Part shown: positions 32,486-42,459 of the stretch, piece by piece
Layout: the number at the start of each line of letters is the position of its first letter
Numbering within the stretch: the stretch's first letter is position 1
DNA from: an uncultured Actinomycetota bacterium
GTDB taxonomy: Bacteria; Actinomycetota; Actinomycetes; Propionibacteriales; Nocardioidaceae
Direction: 5' to 3'
NCBI GenBank assembly: GCA_963801045.1
Contig: CAWDDC010000005.1
Coordinates: forward strand, 165,568-229,567
DNA length: 64,000 bases
Notes under the pieces: generated by a model
What the model was told of the DNA's origin: nothing
Databases searched by the model: none
What the model saw: only the letters and a program-made list of their open reading frames with translations
Position numbers and translations under genes: made by a program

Positions 32486-33752
32486 ATGGCCAGCGCATCC
32501 CCGCCCCCTCTCCTCGCCGGCCGGCGAGCCCGCCGCACCGCCTGCGTGGTGCTGGCCGTCGGCGCGCTGGCGCTGTCCGCGTGCACCAAGAGCGACGACG
32601 CGTCCGGCGGGGGCAGCGACGACGACGGCCCGATCATGATCGGCACCTCGCTGCCGCTCACCGGTGAGTTCTCCCAGCCGGGCACGGCGGCCAAGGAGGG
32701 CTACGAGGTCTGGCAGGAGCTCACCAACGCCAACGGCGGCCTGCTCGGGCGCGACGTCGAGCTCACGATCAAGGACGACGCCTCCAACCAGAACACGATC
32801 GTCGCCGACTACAACGCGCTGATCAGCCAGGACAACGTCGACCTGCTGCTGGGGACGTTCTCGTCGCTGCTCAACCTGCCCGCCTCCGCGGTGGCCGAGC
32901 GCAACCAGATGCTCTACGTCGAGCCGGCCGGTGGGTCGCCGGAGATCTTCACCCGCGGACTTCAAGTACCTGTTCTTCGCCCAGCAGGCCACGGCCGACA
33001 AGCAGGGCGACGTGTTCGCCACCTGGCTGTCGTCGCTGCCCGAGGACGAGCGGCCCCAGACGGCGGCCTACCCCACCCTCGACGACCCGTTCGCGCTCCC
33101 GACCTCCGAGGGCATCGAGGCGATCCTGTCCGAGAACGGCATCGAGACCGTCTACCGCGAGACCTACTCCATCGACACCAAGAACTTCGACACCATCGTC
33201 AACGCGATGAAGGCCGAGGACCCGGACATCGTGGTCAACGGCGCGCAGACCGAGGACGGCATCGGTATGGTCCGCGCGATGCTCAAGGCCGACTTCGAGC
33301 CCGACTGGCTCTACCAGACCAACGCGCCCTCGCTCGGCGACCAGTACTCCGACGCGATCGGGGTGGAGAACACCGAGGGCATCTTCTACTCGATCAGCCA
33401 CTCGCCGGAGGCGGCGACTCCCGGCAACGAGGAGTTCGTCGCGAAGTACGACGAGATGTTCGGCGGCGCCCCGCCCGAGGACGCGGCCGACGCGTTCGCG
33501 GCCGGCCAGGTGCTGACCGCTGCGGTCGAGGCCGTCGGCAGCATCGACGACCAGCTGGCCCTCGCCGACTGGCTGCGGGAGAACGAGGTCGACACCATCC
33601 TCGGCCCGCTGAGCTGGAACGACGACGGCAGCCCGATCGGCGAGTTCCTCACCGGCCAGTGGCAGAACGGCGGCGTCGAGATCGTGCTGCCCGAGGAGGC
33701 CGCCACCAGCGACAAGATCGTCATGGGCTGGGAGCCCGGCGGCGGCAGCTGA
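32486..33752 (+). CDS. ABC transporter substrate-binding lipoprotein, Leu/Ile/Val/amide-binding (Peripla_BP_6-like) family; one frame switch near 32955
   Basis: RBS GGAGGA. Lipobox LALSAC. Sequence: IMIGTSLPLTGEFSQPGTAAKEGYEVWQELTNANGGLLGRDVELTIKDDASN... It continues in ORF 32931..33752. Confidence 0.85.
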
Positions 33753-34637
33753 TGGAGCAGTTCGTCCAGAACCTGGCCCTGGGCGTCCTGCTGGGCGGTG
33801 TCTACGCCCTGGTGGCGGCCGGGTTGACGCTGATCTTCGGCGTCATGAAGATCATCAACCTGGCCCAGGGGGCGTTCCTCGATCCTGGCCGCTTTCATCA
33901 GCTACACGCTGTGGTCGTGGGCGGGCATCGACCCGCTGCTGTCCATCCTCATCACGACACCGGTGATCTTCGCGCTCGGCTGGGTCGTCTACCACCTGGT
34001 GGTCTCGCCGATCCGTACCGCGCCGATGTCGTCGACGGTGCTGCTCACGTTCGGGCTGGCGCTGGTGCTCGAGGCCGTGATGGGCATGACCTGGGGCAAC
34101 AACTCCACCGCGATCCGGCCGAGCTACGTCGACGAGTCCTACACGATCGGTGAGCTCTTCCTGCCGAAGGCGCAGGTGTTCGGCGGCGTGATCGCGCTGG
34201 TCGTGCTGGCCGGCCTCTACCTGCTGCTCACGAAGACCTGGACCGGCCGGGCGATCCGGGCCGCGGCGGTCAACCCCACCGGCGCCCAGCTGGTCGGCAT
34301 CACCATCGGCACGGTCTCGGCCCTGGTCTTCGCGATCGGCATCGCGACCGCCGGGGCGGGCGGGGCGATCGTCGGCGTGCTCTACCCGTTCCTGCCGGCC
34401 GCGCACTACCAGTGGATCGCCCGGCTGCTGGCGATCGTCGTGCTGGGCGGCATGGGCAGCCTCGGCGGCGCCGTCCTGGCCGCGCTGGTGTTCGGGGTCG
34501 CCGAGACCATGACGCAGGCGTACGTCTCGCCCGCCTGGGCGACGGCGGTGCCGTACGCGATCGTGTTCGCGGTGCTGCTGGTGCGGCCGCAGGGGCTGCT
34601 CGGATCGAGGCTGCGCGAGGACGCGGTGGCCGCGTGA
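33752..34637 (+). CDS. branched-chain amino acid-type ABC transporter permease (LivH-like); one frame switch near 33880
   Basis: MEQFVQNLALGVLLGGVYALVAAGLTLIFGVMKIINLAQGAF... then ORF 33963..34637. The start overlaps the SBP stop (TGATG). Confidence 0.85.
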
Positions 34638-34652
34638 GCCGGCGCGACCCAG

Positions 34653-36545
34653 GTGGCCACCGACCCGGTGTGGGTCGGGCGGCTCCTGGCCGTGCTGGCG
34701 GGCGCAGCGCTGCTCGCGTACCCGATGCTGTCCGACGACCTCTACTACCAGAACATGATCGTGCTCTCGCTGGTGTTCGCGGTCGGGGCCAGCGGGCTGA
34801 ACATCATCACCGGCATGGCCGGCTACGTGTCGCTCGGCCAGGGCGCGTTCGTCGGGCTCGGCGGCTACACCATCGGCGTGCTGGCCACCCGGGTCGAGGG
34901 TGTGTCGGCGTGGTGGTGGGTGCCGGTCGCGGCGGTGGTGAGCGGACTGGTCGCGGTCGTGCTCGGGCTGGTGGCGCTGCGCGCGAGCGGCCCGTCGTTC
35001 GTCATCATCACGGTCGCGTTCCTGTTCCTCGTCCAGGTGATCGCGGTCAACTGGGTGTCGGTCACCAACGGCACGGCCGGGCTGACGCTGCCGTTGCCGA
35101 CCTGGGACTACGAGATCCTGAACTGGCCCTTCTACTACGCGCTGTGCGTGATCCTCGCGCTGCAGCTGGTGATGAGCTGGTGGATCCAGCGCACCAAGTT
35201 CGGCATGGGCCTGGTGGCGATCCGCGAGGACGAGACCAAGGCCGCCACCGTCGGCATCAACCTGCCGGTCGAGAAGATCCTGGCGTTCGTCGCCAGCACC
35301 GTCTTCGTCGGCGCCGCGGGTGCGGTCTACGGCTACTACCTGACGTTCATCGACCCGCGCGGCATGTTCGGCATCCTGCTCAGCGTCCAGATCGTGCTGT
35401 CGGTGCTGGTCGGCGGCAAGGGCACGCTGTGGGGCCCGGTGATCGGCGCGTTCCTCATCGAGTACCTCAACGAGCTGGCCAACAACCAGCTCGGCGGCGG
35501 CAACGTCCGGCTGCTGATCTTCGGCGGGCTGCTGGTCGGGCTGGTGCTGTTCCTGCCCAAGGGGATCCTGCCGGCCATCGAGAGCCTGCTGACCTACCGG
35601 CGCACCCACGGCAAGGCGGGGCTCGTCGGCGCCCGGCTGGAGCCGGGGGGCAGCTTCCCGGTCGCCCGCGACCGGCCCACCGGCCGGGCGGTGCCGGCCG
35701 GTGCCCCGCTGCTCGAGATCACCGGCCTGTCCCGCCGGTTCGGCGGCCTGCGCGCGGTCGACGGCGCCACGCTGACCGTGCCCGAGGGCTCGATCACCGG
35801 GCTGATCGGTCCGAACGGGTCGGGCAAGACCACCCTGTTCAACCTGATCGACGACACCCTGCGCGCCGACTCCGGCGAGATCCGGTTCGCCGGTGAACGC
35901 ATCGACAGCCTGCCGTCGTGGGGGCGGGCGCACCGCGGGCTGGGCCGCACCTTCCAGATCACCCGGCTGTTCCGCGAGATGACGGTGCTCGAGAACGTCG
36001 TCGTCCCGCAGCGGTCGTTCTCCTGGCAGCAGCTGGGCCGGATCGCGGTCAGCGGCGCCGAGGCCGAGCGGGCCCAGGAGCTGCTCGACTTCGTCGGCAT
36101 GGGCGCGTTCCGCGACCAGCGGGCCGCCGCGCTGTCGTACGGGCAGCAGAAGCTGGTGGAGCTGGCGCAGATCCTGATGCTCGACCCGCGGCTGATCCTG
36201 CTGGACGAGCCCGCCGGTGGCATCAACCCGGTGCTCATCGAGCGGATGGGCGAGATGATCCGCGAGCTGAACGCCCACGGCACGACGTTCCTCATCGTCG
36301 AGCACAACATGCACTTCGTGCTCGGGCTCTGCGACCCCGTGCACGTGCTGGCCCGCGGCCGGTGCATCAGCACCGGCACCCCCGACCAGATCCAGGCCGA
36401 CCCGGCGGTGATCGACGCCTACCTCGGCGACGACTTCACCCTCGAGGGCGCGACCCAGGCCGAGGTCGCCGCCACCGTCGAGGTCGCGACCATCGCCGAG
36501 GCGGCAGCGCCCGACCCCGACCGGCGCAACGGGAGCGTGCGCTGA
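34653..36545 (+). CDS. fused LivM-like permease and LivG-like ATP-binding protein
   Basis: Intact 630-aa ORF. The N-terminal about 330 aa are polytopic permease. The C-terminal half has Walker [10 protein letters not shown], signature LSYGQQK and Walker [11 protein letters not shown]. Confidence 0.85.
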   Translation: MATDPVWVGRLLAVLAGAALLAYPMLSDDLYYQNMIVLSLVFAVGASGLNIITGMAGYVSLGQGAFVGLGGYTIGVLATRVEGVSAWWWVPVAAVVSGLVAVVLGLVALRASGPSFVIITVAFLFLVQVIAVNWVSVTNGTAGLTLPLPTWDYEILNWPFYYALCVILALQLVMSWWIQRTKFGMGLVAIREDETKAATVGINLPVEKILAFVASTVFVGAAGAVYGYYLTFIDPRGMFGILLSVQIVLSVLVGGKGTLWGPVIGAFLIEYLNELANNQLGGGNVRLLIFGGLLVGLVLFLPKGILPAIESLLTYRRTHGKAGLVGARLEPGGSFPVARDRPTGRAVPAGAPLLEITGLSRRFGGLRAVDGATLTVPEGSITGLIGPNGSGKTTLFNLIDDTLRADSGEIRFAGERIDSLPSWGRAHRGLGRTFQITRLFREMTVLENVVVPQRSFSWQQLGRIAVSGAEAERAQELLDFVGMGAFRDQRAAALSYGQQKLVELAQILMLDPRLILLDEPAGGINPVLIERMGEMIRELNAHGTTFLIVEHNMHFVLGLCDPVHVLARGRCISTGTPDQIQADPAVIDAYLGDDFTLEGATQAEVAATVEVATIAEAAAPDPDRRNGSVR

Positions 36546-37282
36546 TGCTGCGGCTCGACGGGGTGGTGGCCGGCTACGGCGGTGGCGACGTGCTGCAGGG
36601 CGTCGACATCGAGGTGGCGCCGCAGTCCGTCGCGTGCATCGTGGGTCCCAACGGCGCCGGCAAGTCGACCGTGCTGCGTACGGTCAGCGGACTGCTCAAG
36701 CCGCGGCTCGGCGAGGTGCTGCTCGACGGGAGGCGCATCGACACCCTCAGCCCGGCGCAGATCCTGGCCCAGGGGGTCAGCCAGGTGCCGCAGTCGGACG
36801 CGTTGTTCTCGACCCTGACGGTGCGCGAGAACGTGCTGCTCGGCGGCTACATCATCCGCCGCGACCGGGCGCTGGTGCGCCGTCGCTACGACGAGGTCAA
36901 GGCGCTGTTCCCGATCGTGGGCGACCGCGAGGCCGACCGCGCCGGCAACCTGTCCGGCGGGCAGCGCCGGATGGTGGAGTTCGCCCGCTCGCTGATGCTC
37001 GACCCGGTGCTGGTCCTGCTCGACGAGCCGTCCCTCGGCCTCGACCCGCGCGCGCTGCAGTCGGTGCACGACTCGGTGCTGCTGATGCGCGAGCACGGCA
37101 AGACGATTCTCATCGTGGAGCAGAACGTGCGGTTCGGCATGCGGCTGGCCACCGACGGGATCGTGATGGAGAGCGGGCGGGTGGTGACCCAGCGGCCGGC
37201 CCAGGAGGTCGTCGACGATCCCGAGATCGCGAGCCTCTACTTCGGCGGCACCCCCGGGACGTCGGAAGGACGAGGCACGTGA
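36545..37282 (+). CDS. branched-chain amino acid-type ABC transporter ATP-binding protein (LivF-like)
   Basis: [24 protein letters not shown]...GPNGAGKST...[15 protein letters not shown]...LLDEPSLGL. The start overlaps the previous stop (TGATG). Confidence 0.9.
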   Translation: MLRLDGVVAGYGGGDVLQGVDIEVAPQSVACIVGPNGAGKSTVLRTVSGLLKPRLGEVLLDGRRIDTLSPAQILAQGVSQVPQSDALFSTLTVRENVLLGGYIIRRDRALVRRRYDEVKALFPIVGDREADRAGNLSGGQRRMVEFARSLMLDPVLVLLDEPSLGLDPRALQSVHDSVLLMREHGKTILIVEQNVRFGMRLATDGIVMESGRVVTQRPAQEVVDDPEIASLYFGGTPGTSEGRGT

Positions 37283-38860
37283 GCACCAGCAGCGCCGACA
37301 TCGTGGTCGCGGGCGCCGGCCACAACAGCCTGATCACCGCGTGCTACCTCGCCAAGGCCGGCCACTCCGTCCTGGTGCTCGACGCCCGCCCGATCCCCGG
37401 TGGCGGTGCCGCGACGGAGGAGATCCTGCTGCCGGGCTACCGGCTCGACTCCTGCTCGACCGGGCACACGATCATCCAGAACAACCCGCTGATCGCCGAC
37501 GACGAGCTCGGGCTCGCGGCCACCTACGGCCTGCGCTACGTCGACCCCGACCCGGTCGGGCACGTCGCCTTCCCCGACGGCGCGCAGCTCACCCACTGGC
37601 TCGACGTCGACCGCACCGTCGAGGAGATCGCGCGGTTCTCCAAGCGGGACGCCGACTCCTACGTCCGGCTGCTGCGGGAGTGGGACGAGGTCAAGGCGGT
37701 CTTCGGCCGCAGCCAGCACCGCCCGATCGGCGCCGGCCCGTCGCTGGAGCAGGAGCTGTCCGAGCACCCGCGCGGCAACGTGTGGAAGCGCCGCCGGGTG
37801 CTCGGCTCGTGGGACGTGATCCGGCACGAGTTCGAGAGCCGGCACGTCCAGTCGTACCTGCTCTGGCAGGCCTACCAGACCCTGGTGCGGCCCGACTCCG
37901 CCGGCTCCGGCCTGCTCGCCTACTCCGTGGTCGCGTCCCGGCAGCGGCGCAGCTGGACCATCCCGGTCGGCGGTTCCGGCACGCTCACCGACGCGCTGGT
38001 GGCGTGCCTCGAGTCGTACGGCGGCCGCGTGCTGTGCAACCGGACCGTGCGGCGGCTGCTGGTCGAGGACGACCGGTGCGTCGGGGTGGAGACGACCGAC
38101 GGCGAGCAGTACCGCGCCGGCACCGCCGTGCTGTCGAGCATCCACGTCAAGCACCTGCTGGACATGGCGCCCGCGGAGTCGTGGGACGAGGACTGGACCT
38201 ACGGCGTGCAGACCTACGAGGTCGGCGCGTCCGGCCTCGCGGTCTACCTGGCCACGACCGCGCCCCCCGAGTTCGTCGTCGACGGCGAGCCGCGCTCGGC
38301 GGTGTCCGCGGGTCTCGTCGGGTGGCCCGAGGACGTCGTCCGGCACGCCCGCGACATGGCCGACGGCGTGTGGAGCGACGAGGTGCCGTGGCTGCTGATG
38401 GCCACGCCGACGCTGGCCGACCCGTCGCGGGCGCCGGCGGGCCACCACACCGTCAAGTTCCTGCAGCCGTGCGGCTGGCGGCTGCGCGACGGCGACGACT
38501 GGGAGTCGGCCAAGGCCCGGCGGCTGGAGACGCTGCTCGAGGCCGTCCGGCGGCACTGCCCCGGCTTCACCGACGACGTGATCCTGGCGTCGTACGTGAA
38601 GGGGCCGTACGACATCGAGGCGACCAACGCGCACATGATCCGCGGCGCCTTCCACGGCGGTGACCGCAGCATCGCCTGGTCGGGGCCGCAACGTCCGGCG
38701 CCGGGCTGGGCCTCGCACCGCACCCCGATCGCCGGGCTCTACCAGACCGGCGCCACCACGCACCCCGGCGGCTCGATCACCGGTGCGCCGGGGCGCAACG
38801 CCGCGCAGGTCATGCTCGCGCGACCTCGGCACGTCCCTCGAGGAGCTGCTGCATGGCTGA
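37279..38860 (+). CDS. NAD(P)/FAD-dependent oxidoreductase, phytoene desaturase (CrtI)/amine oxidase-like; one frame switch near 38820
   Basis: Dinucleotide fold [40 protein letters not shown] and C-terminal [24 protein letters not shown]. The GTG overlaps the LivF stop. The last about 13 aa are in ORF 38660..38860. Confidence 0.75.
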
Positions 38861-39941
38861 CCGCAACGTCGAGGTCGCGATCGCCCACTGGGCGCCGCGG
38901 ATGATCCAGAACGGCGTGGACTACAACGACTTCGTCCGTACGACCGCGCGGATCGAGACGTGGGCCGACTGGCTGCCGGAGTGGAACCGCACCGCCGACG
39001 AGCACGCCGAGCTGGCCGCGCGTACCGAGGCCGAGGGGCACCTGCTCACTGCCGGCCACGCCTGGCGGCGGGCGTCGGTCGACCGGCACTTCGGCAAGTT
39101 CGTCTGGCAGCTCGACCTCGACCTGGTCGACGAGGCGACCCGGCGCAGCGTCGAGGAGATGCAGCACGCCCACCGGCTGCTCGACCCCACCGCCGAGCGG
39201 CTGGTCGTCGACGTCGACGGGCACCCGTTGGCGGCCAACCTCCGCCGGCCGCCGGGGGTGGACCGGCCACCGTGGGTCGCGGTGATCCCCGGCCTGGACT
39301 CCACGAAGGAGGAGTTCTTCTACTTCGAGCAGTCGTTCCTCGACCGCGGCATGGCCACGGTGTCGGTCGACGGTCCCGGCCAGGGCGAGACCGGTCTGGA
39401 CGGCGCCGGCCGCGGGCTGCCGATCCGCGCCGACTACGAGACCGGCCTGGTCCCGCTGCTCGACCTGGTGTGCGCCCGCACCGACCTCGACCACGACCGG
39501 ATCGGCCTGGTCGGCGTCAGCCTCGGCGGCTACTACGCGCCGCGGGTGGCGGCGCACGAGCCCAGGCTGCGCGCGGTCGCCGGCATCAGCGGCCCGTTCC
39601 GCTTCGGCGACCTGTGGGACGACCTGCCGCCGATGACCCGCGAGACGTTCACGGTGAAGTCGGGTGGCGGCAGCGACGACGACGGCCGAGCGCGGGCCGC
39701 GACGCTCGACCTCACCGGCGTCTGCGAGCGGATCGAGGTGCCGGCGCTCTACGTCACCGGCGCCCTGGACCGGCTGATCCCCTGGCAGCAGACGCAGGCG
39801 CAGGCCGAGCACACCCCGAAGGGCGAGTTCGTCTGCTACCCCGACGGCAACCACGGCGCGTCGAACCTGCCCGCCGTGGCACGCCCGTTGATCGCGGACT
39901 GGATGGCCGACCGGCTCGGCACCGGACAGGAGGAGTCATGA
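38853..39941 (+). CDS. alpha/beta hydrolase (FrsA / 2,6-dihydroxypseudooxynicotine hydrolase-like architecture, tentative)
   Basis: Intact 362 aa. A helical N-terminal domain of about 140 aa is followed by the nucleophile elbow GVSLGG (Ser223), Asp306 (GALDRL) and His334 (DGNHG). Confidence 0.65.
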   Translation: MADRNVEVAIAHWAPRMIQNGVDYNDFVRTTARIETWADWLPEWNRTADEHAELAARTEAEGHLLTAGHAWRRASVDRHFGKFVWQLDLDLVDEATRRSVEEMQHAHRLLDPTAERLVVDVDGHPLAANLRRPPGVDRPPWVAVIPGLDSTKEEFFYFEQSFLDRGMATVSVDGPGQGETGLDGAGRGLPIRADYETGLVPLLDLVCARTDLDHDRIGLVGVSLGGYYAPRVAAHEPRLRAVAGISGPFRFGDLWDDLPPMTRETFTVKSGGGSDDDGRARAATLDLTGVCERIEVPALYVTGALDRLIPWQQTQAQAEHTPKGEFVCYPDGNHGASNLPAVARPLIADWMADRLGTGQEES

Positions 39942-41419
39942 CCTCACACGCGTGGTCCCGTCGGGCCGTGCTCGGTGCGGCCGCCGCGAGCGGCACCGCG
40001 GCCCTCGGCCCGGTCGCCTGGGCGGCGCCACCCGCCGCACCCCGTCCCTCGGCGGGACTGCCCCGGCGCAAGGAGTTCGTCATCCGTGGCGCCTACGTGC
40101 TGAGCATGGACGACGAGATCGGTGACCTCGACGGCGGCGACGTGCACGTACGGGACGGCCAGATCGTCAACGTGGGCAGGCGTCTGCGCCCGCGCTGCCC
40201 GGTCGTCGACGGCCGGGACACCATCGTGATGCCCGGTCTGGTCGACACCCACTGGCACCTCTGGACCACCCTTTACCGTTCGATGGCGTCGTCGTCGCCG
40301 GACAACGCCTACTTCACGCTCAACCTGCGGCACGGCCTCGTCTGGGAACCCGGCGACACCTTCGACGGCGTGCGGCTCGCCGCGGCCGACGCCGTGCACA
40401 ACGGGGTGACGACCGTGCACGACTGGTCGCACAACCTGCGCGGACCCGACTACGCCGACGCCAACCTCTTCGCCCTCAACGCCAGTGGCCTGCGCGGCCG
40501 GTTCTCGTACGGTGCGCCGCAGGGACATCCGGCCGACCAGCCGATCGACCTCGAGGACCTGGCCCGGGTCAAGCGGCGCTGGTTCGACACCGGGCGCGCC
40601 GAGCTGCTGCGGCTCGGCCTCGCCGGCCGACCGCCGGTGGGGACCGGAGCCGCGGAGCTCGACCGCTGGCGGCTGGAGTACGACACCGCCCGCGAGCTGG
40701 GACTGCCGGTCAGCGTGCACGCCAACTCCAACCGGGCCCAGGGCGACCGCGCGATGATCGCGCAGCTGGCCGAGGAGGACATGCTCGGCCCGCACCTGCA
40801 GGTGATCCACGCGCTCTACACCACGCCCGAGGAGCGGGCGGCGCTGGTCGGGTCCGGCACCCCGGTGTCGGTGAGCCCGTGGTCGGAGCTGTTGATCGGC
40901 TACGGCGTCACCACGGTCAGGGAGCTGATCGAGGCGGGCGCGCACGTCACCCAGTCGGTCGACACCCTCCCGCTGACCGGCACGGCGGACATGTTCTCGG
41001 TCATGCGGCTGACCCTCGGCCTGCACCGCGGGCAGTCGGAGAGCGAGTTCTCGATCGCGGCGCGGCAGATCCTGGCGTCGGCGACGATCGACGGCGCCCG
41101 CGCGCTGGGTCTCGGCGACGTCACCGGCTCGCTGACACCCGGCAAGCGGGCCGACCTGCTGATGGTGCGGACGGACGCCGTCTCGATCGCACCCTTCACC
41201 GACCCCGTCAACATGATCGTGACCGCGGCGCACCCGGAGCACGTCGACACCGTGGTCGTCGACGGGCGGGTGCTCAAGCGGCGCGGCCGGCTGACGGCGG
41301 TCGACACCCGCCGGGTGGTCCGCCGCGCCGAGGGGGCGCTGGCTGCGGTGATCGACCGGGCCGAGGCCGACCCCGTGGCCCGGTCGGCGGTCGCCGCAGA
41401 CATCGCCTGCTGCGGTTGA
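39938..41419 (+). CDS. amidohydrolase superfamily metallo-hydrolase with twin-arginine (Tat) signal peptide
   Basis: Intact about 493 aa. The signal peptide is MTSHAWSRRAVLGAAAASGTAALGPVAWA. The HxH metal motif is PGLVDTHWHLW, and downstream SVHAN and ...GKRADLL are typical of the family. ATGA overlap with the previous gene. Confidence 0.8.
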   Translation: MTSHAWSRRAVLGAAAASGTAALGPVAWAAPPAAPRPSAGLPRRKEFVIRGAYVLSMDDEIGDLDGGDVHVRDGQIVNVGRRLRPRCPVVDGRDTIVMPGLVDTHWHLWTTLYRSMASSSPDNAYFTLNLRHGLVWEPGDTFDGVRLAAADAVHNGVTTVHDWSHNLRGPDYADANLFALNASGLRGRFSYGAPQGHPADQPIDLEDLARVKRRWFDTGRAELLRLGLAGRPPVGTGAAELDRWRLEYDTARELGLPVSVHANSNRAQGDRAMIAQLAEEDMLGPHLQVIHALYTTPEERAALVGSGTPVSVSPWSELLIGYGVTTVRELIEAGAHVTQSVDTLPLTGTADMFSVMRLTLGLHRGQSESEFSIAARQILASATIDGARALGLGDVTGSLTPGKRADLLMVRTDAVSIAPFTDPVNMIVTAAHPEHVDTVVVDGRVLKRRGRLTAVDTRRVVRRAEGALAAVIDRAEADPVARSAVAADIACCG

Positions 41420-41453
41420 GGCGGCGCAGGCCGAGGCGGCTGCTCCGGGTCGA

Positions 41454-42344
41454 GTGGGAGCGGGCGCCGGGGTGAGCGGGGCTGTCTGGGCCGCGCTCTC
41501 CGGCGCCCTGTTCGGGATCTTCCAGGCGGTGAGCGCGGTCATCGTCCGCCGGGCGGTGAGCGTCTCGCTCGCGACGTTCGTGCAGCTCGCCGGGGCCACG
41601 GTGGCCGTGGGCGCGATCGCCGCGGTGACCGAGGGACTCGACCGGCTGGGCGAGGCGCCGGCCCGCAGCCTGGTGATGTTCGCGCTGGCCGGGATGATCC
41701 ACTTCCTGGTCGGCTGGACCTCGCTGAACCGGAGCCAGCGCCGGATCGGGGCGGCGCGGACGGCACCGCTGCTGGCGACCACGCCGTTGTTCGGGCTGCT
41801 GGTGGCGCTGGTCGTGTTCGGCGAGCTGCCCGGCCAGGTCGCGCTGGTCGGCATCGCGGTGACGATGCTGGGCGCGTACGTGATCACCGACCCGGGTGCG
41901 GGCAGCCGGGTCGCGCTGGGCGAGTCCGGCTGGGGTCTGGTGACGGCGTTCGTGTGGGCGCTGAGTGCGCTGTTCACCGTCGAGGGGCTGGACGGTTTCT
42001 CCTACCCGCTGCTCGGCGTCACCGTCGGCATGGCGGCGGCCACGGTGCCGTACGGCGTGCTGCTGCTCGCCGACCGGGCACCGGTCACGTGGGCGGACGT
42101 CCGCGCCGACCTCGGGCTCAAGCTGCTCGCCGGCACCCTGGTCGCGGTCGCCACCTGGTGGCGCTGGCTCGGCCTGGAGACGACCTCGATCGGCATCGTG
42201 CTCGCGCTGCAGCTGTTGTCGGTGCCCGCCGTGCTCGTCGCCGCCCCGCTGATCGCCCGCCGGGGCGACGAGGTCGTGACCACCCGGCTGGCCCTCGGCA
42301 CCGGCGTGGTCCTCCTCGGCGCCCTCGCCCTCATCCTCGGCTGA
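41454..42344 (+). CDS. EamA/DMT family transporter
   Basis: Intact 296-aa ORF with about 10 hydrophobic helices and two EamA-like halves. Confidence 0.75.
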   Translation: MGAGAGVSGAVWAALSGALFGIFQAVSAVIVRRAVSVSLATFVQLAGATVAVGAIAAVTEGLDRLGEAPARSLVMFALAGMIHFLVGWTSLNRSQRRIGAARTAPLLATTPLFGLLVALVVFGELPGQVALVGIAVTMLGAYVITDPGAGSRVALGESGWGLVTAFVWALSALFTVEGLDGFSYPLLGVTVGMAAATVPYGVLLLADRAPVTWADVRADLGLKLLAGTLVAVATWWRWLGLETTSIGIVLALQLLSVPAVLVAAPLIARRGDEVVTTRLALGTGVVLLGALALILG

Positions 42345-42380
42345 CCCGCCCCGACCGCCTCGCCCGCCGCGCTCCGAACT

Positions 42381-42445
42381 CGCGAAGTGGCGGCAACACG
42401 CCGGCGACACGCCGGAGTGGGCGACCGGATGCCGCCACTTCCGCG
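42381..42445. repeat. REP-like palindromic intergenic element, copy B
   Basis: CGCGAAGTGGCGGCAACACGCCGGCGACACGCCGG...TGCCGCCACTTCCGCG with about 15-bp arms. It lies between the convergent EamA and IorB-like genes. Confidence 0.6.
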
Positions 42446-42459
42446 TTGGCGGAGGGACG

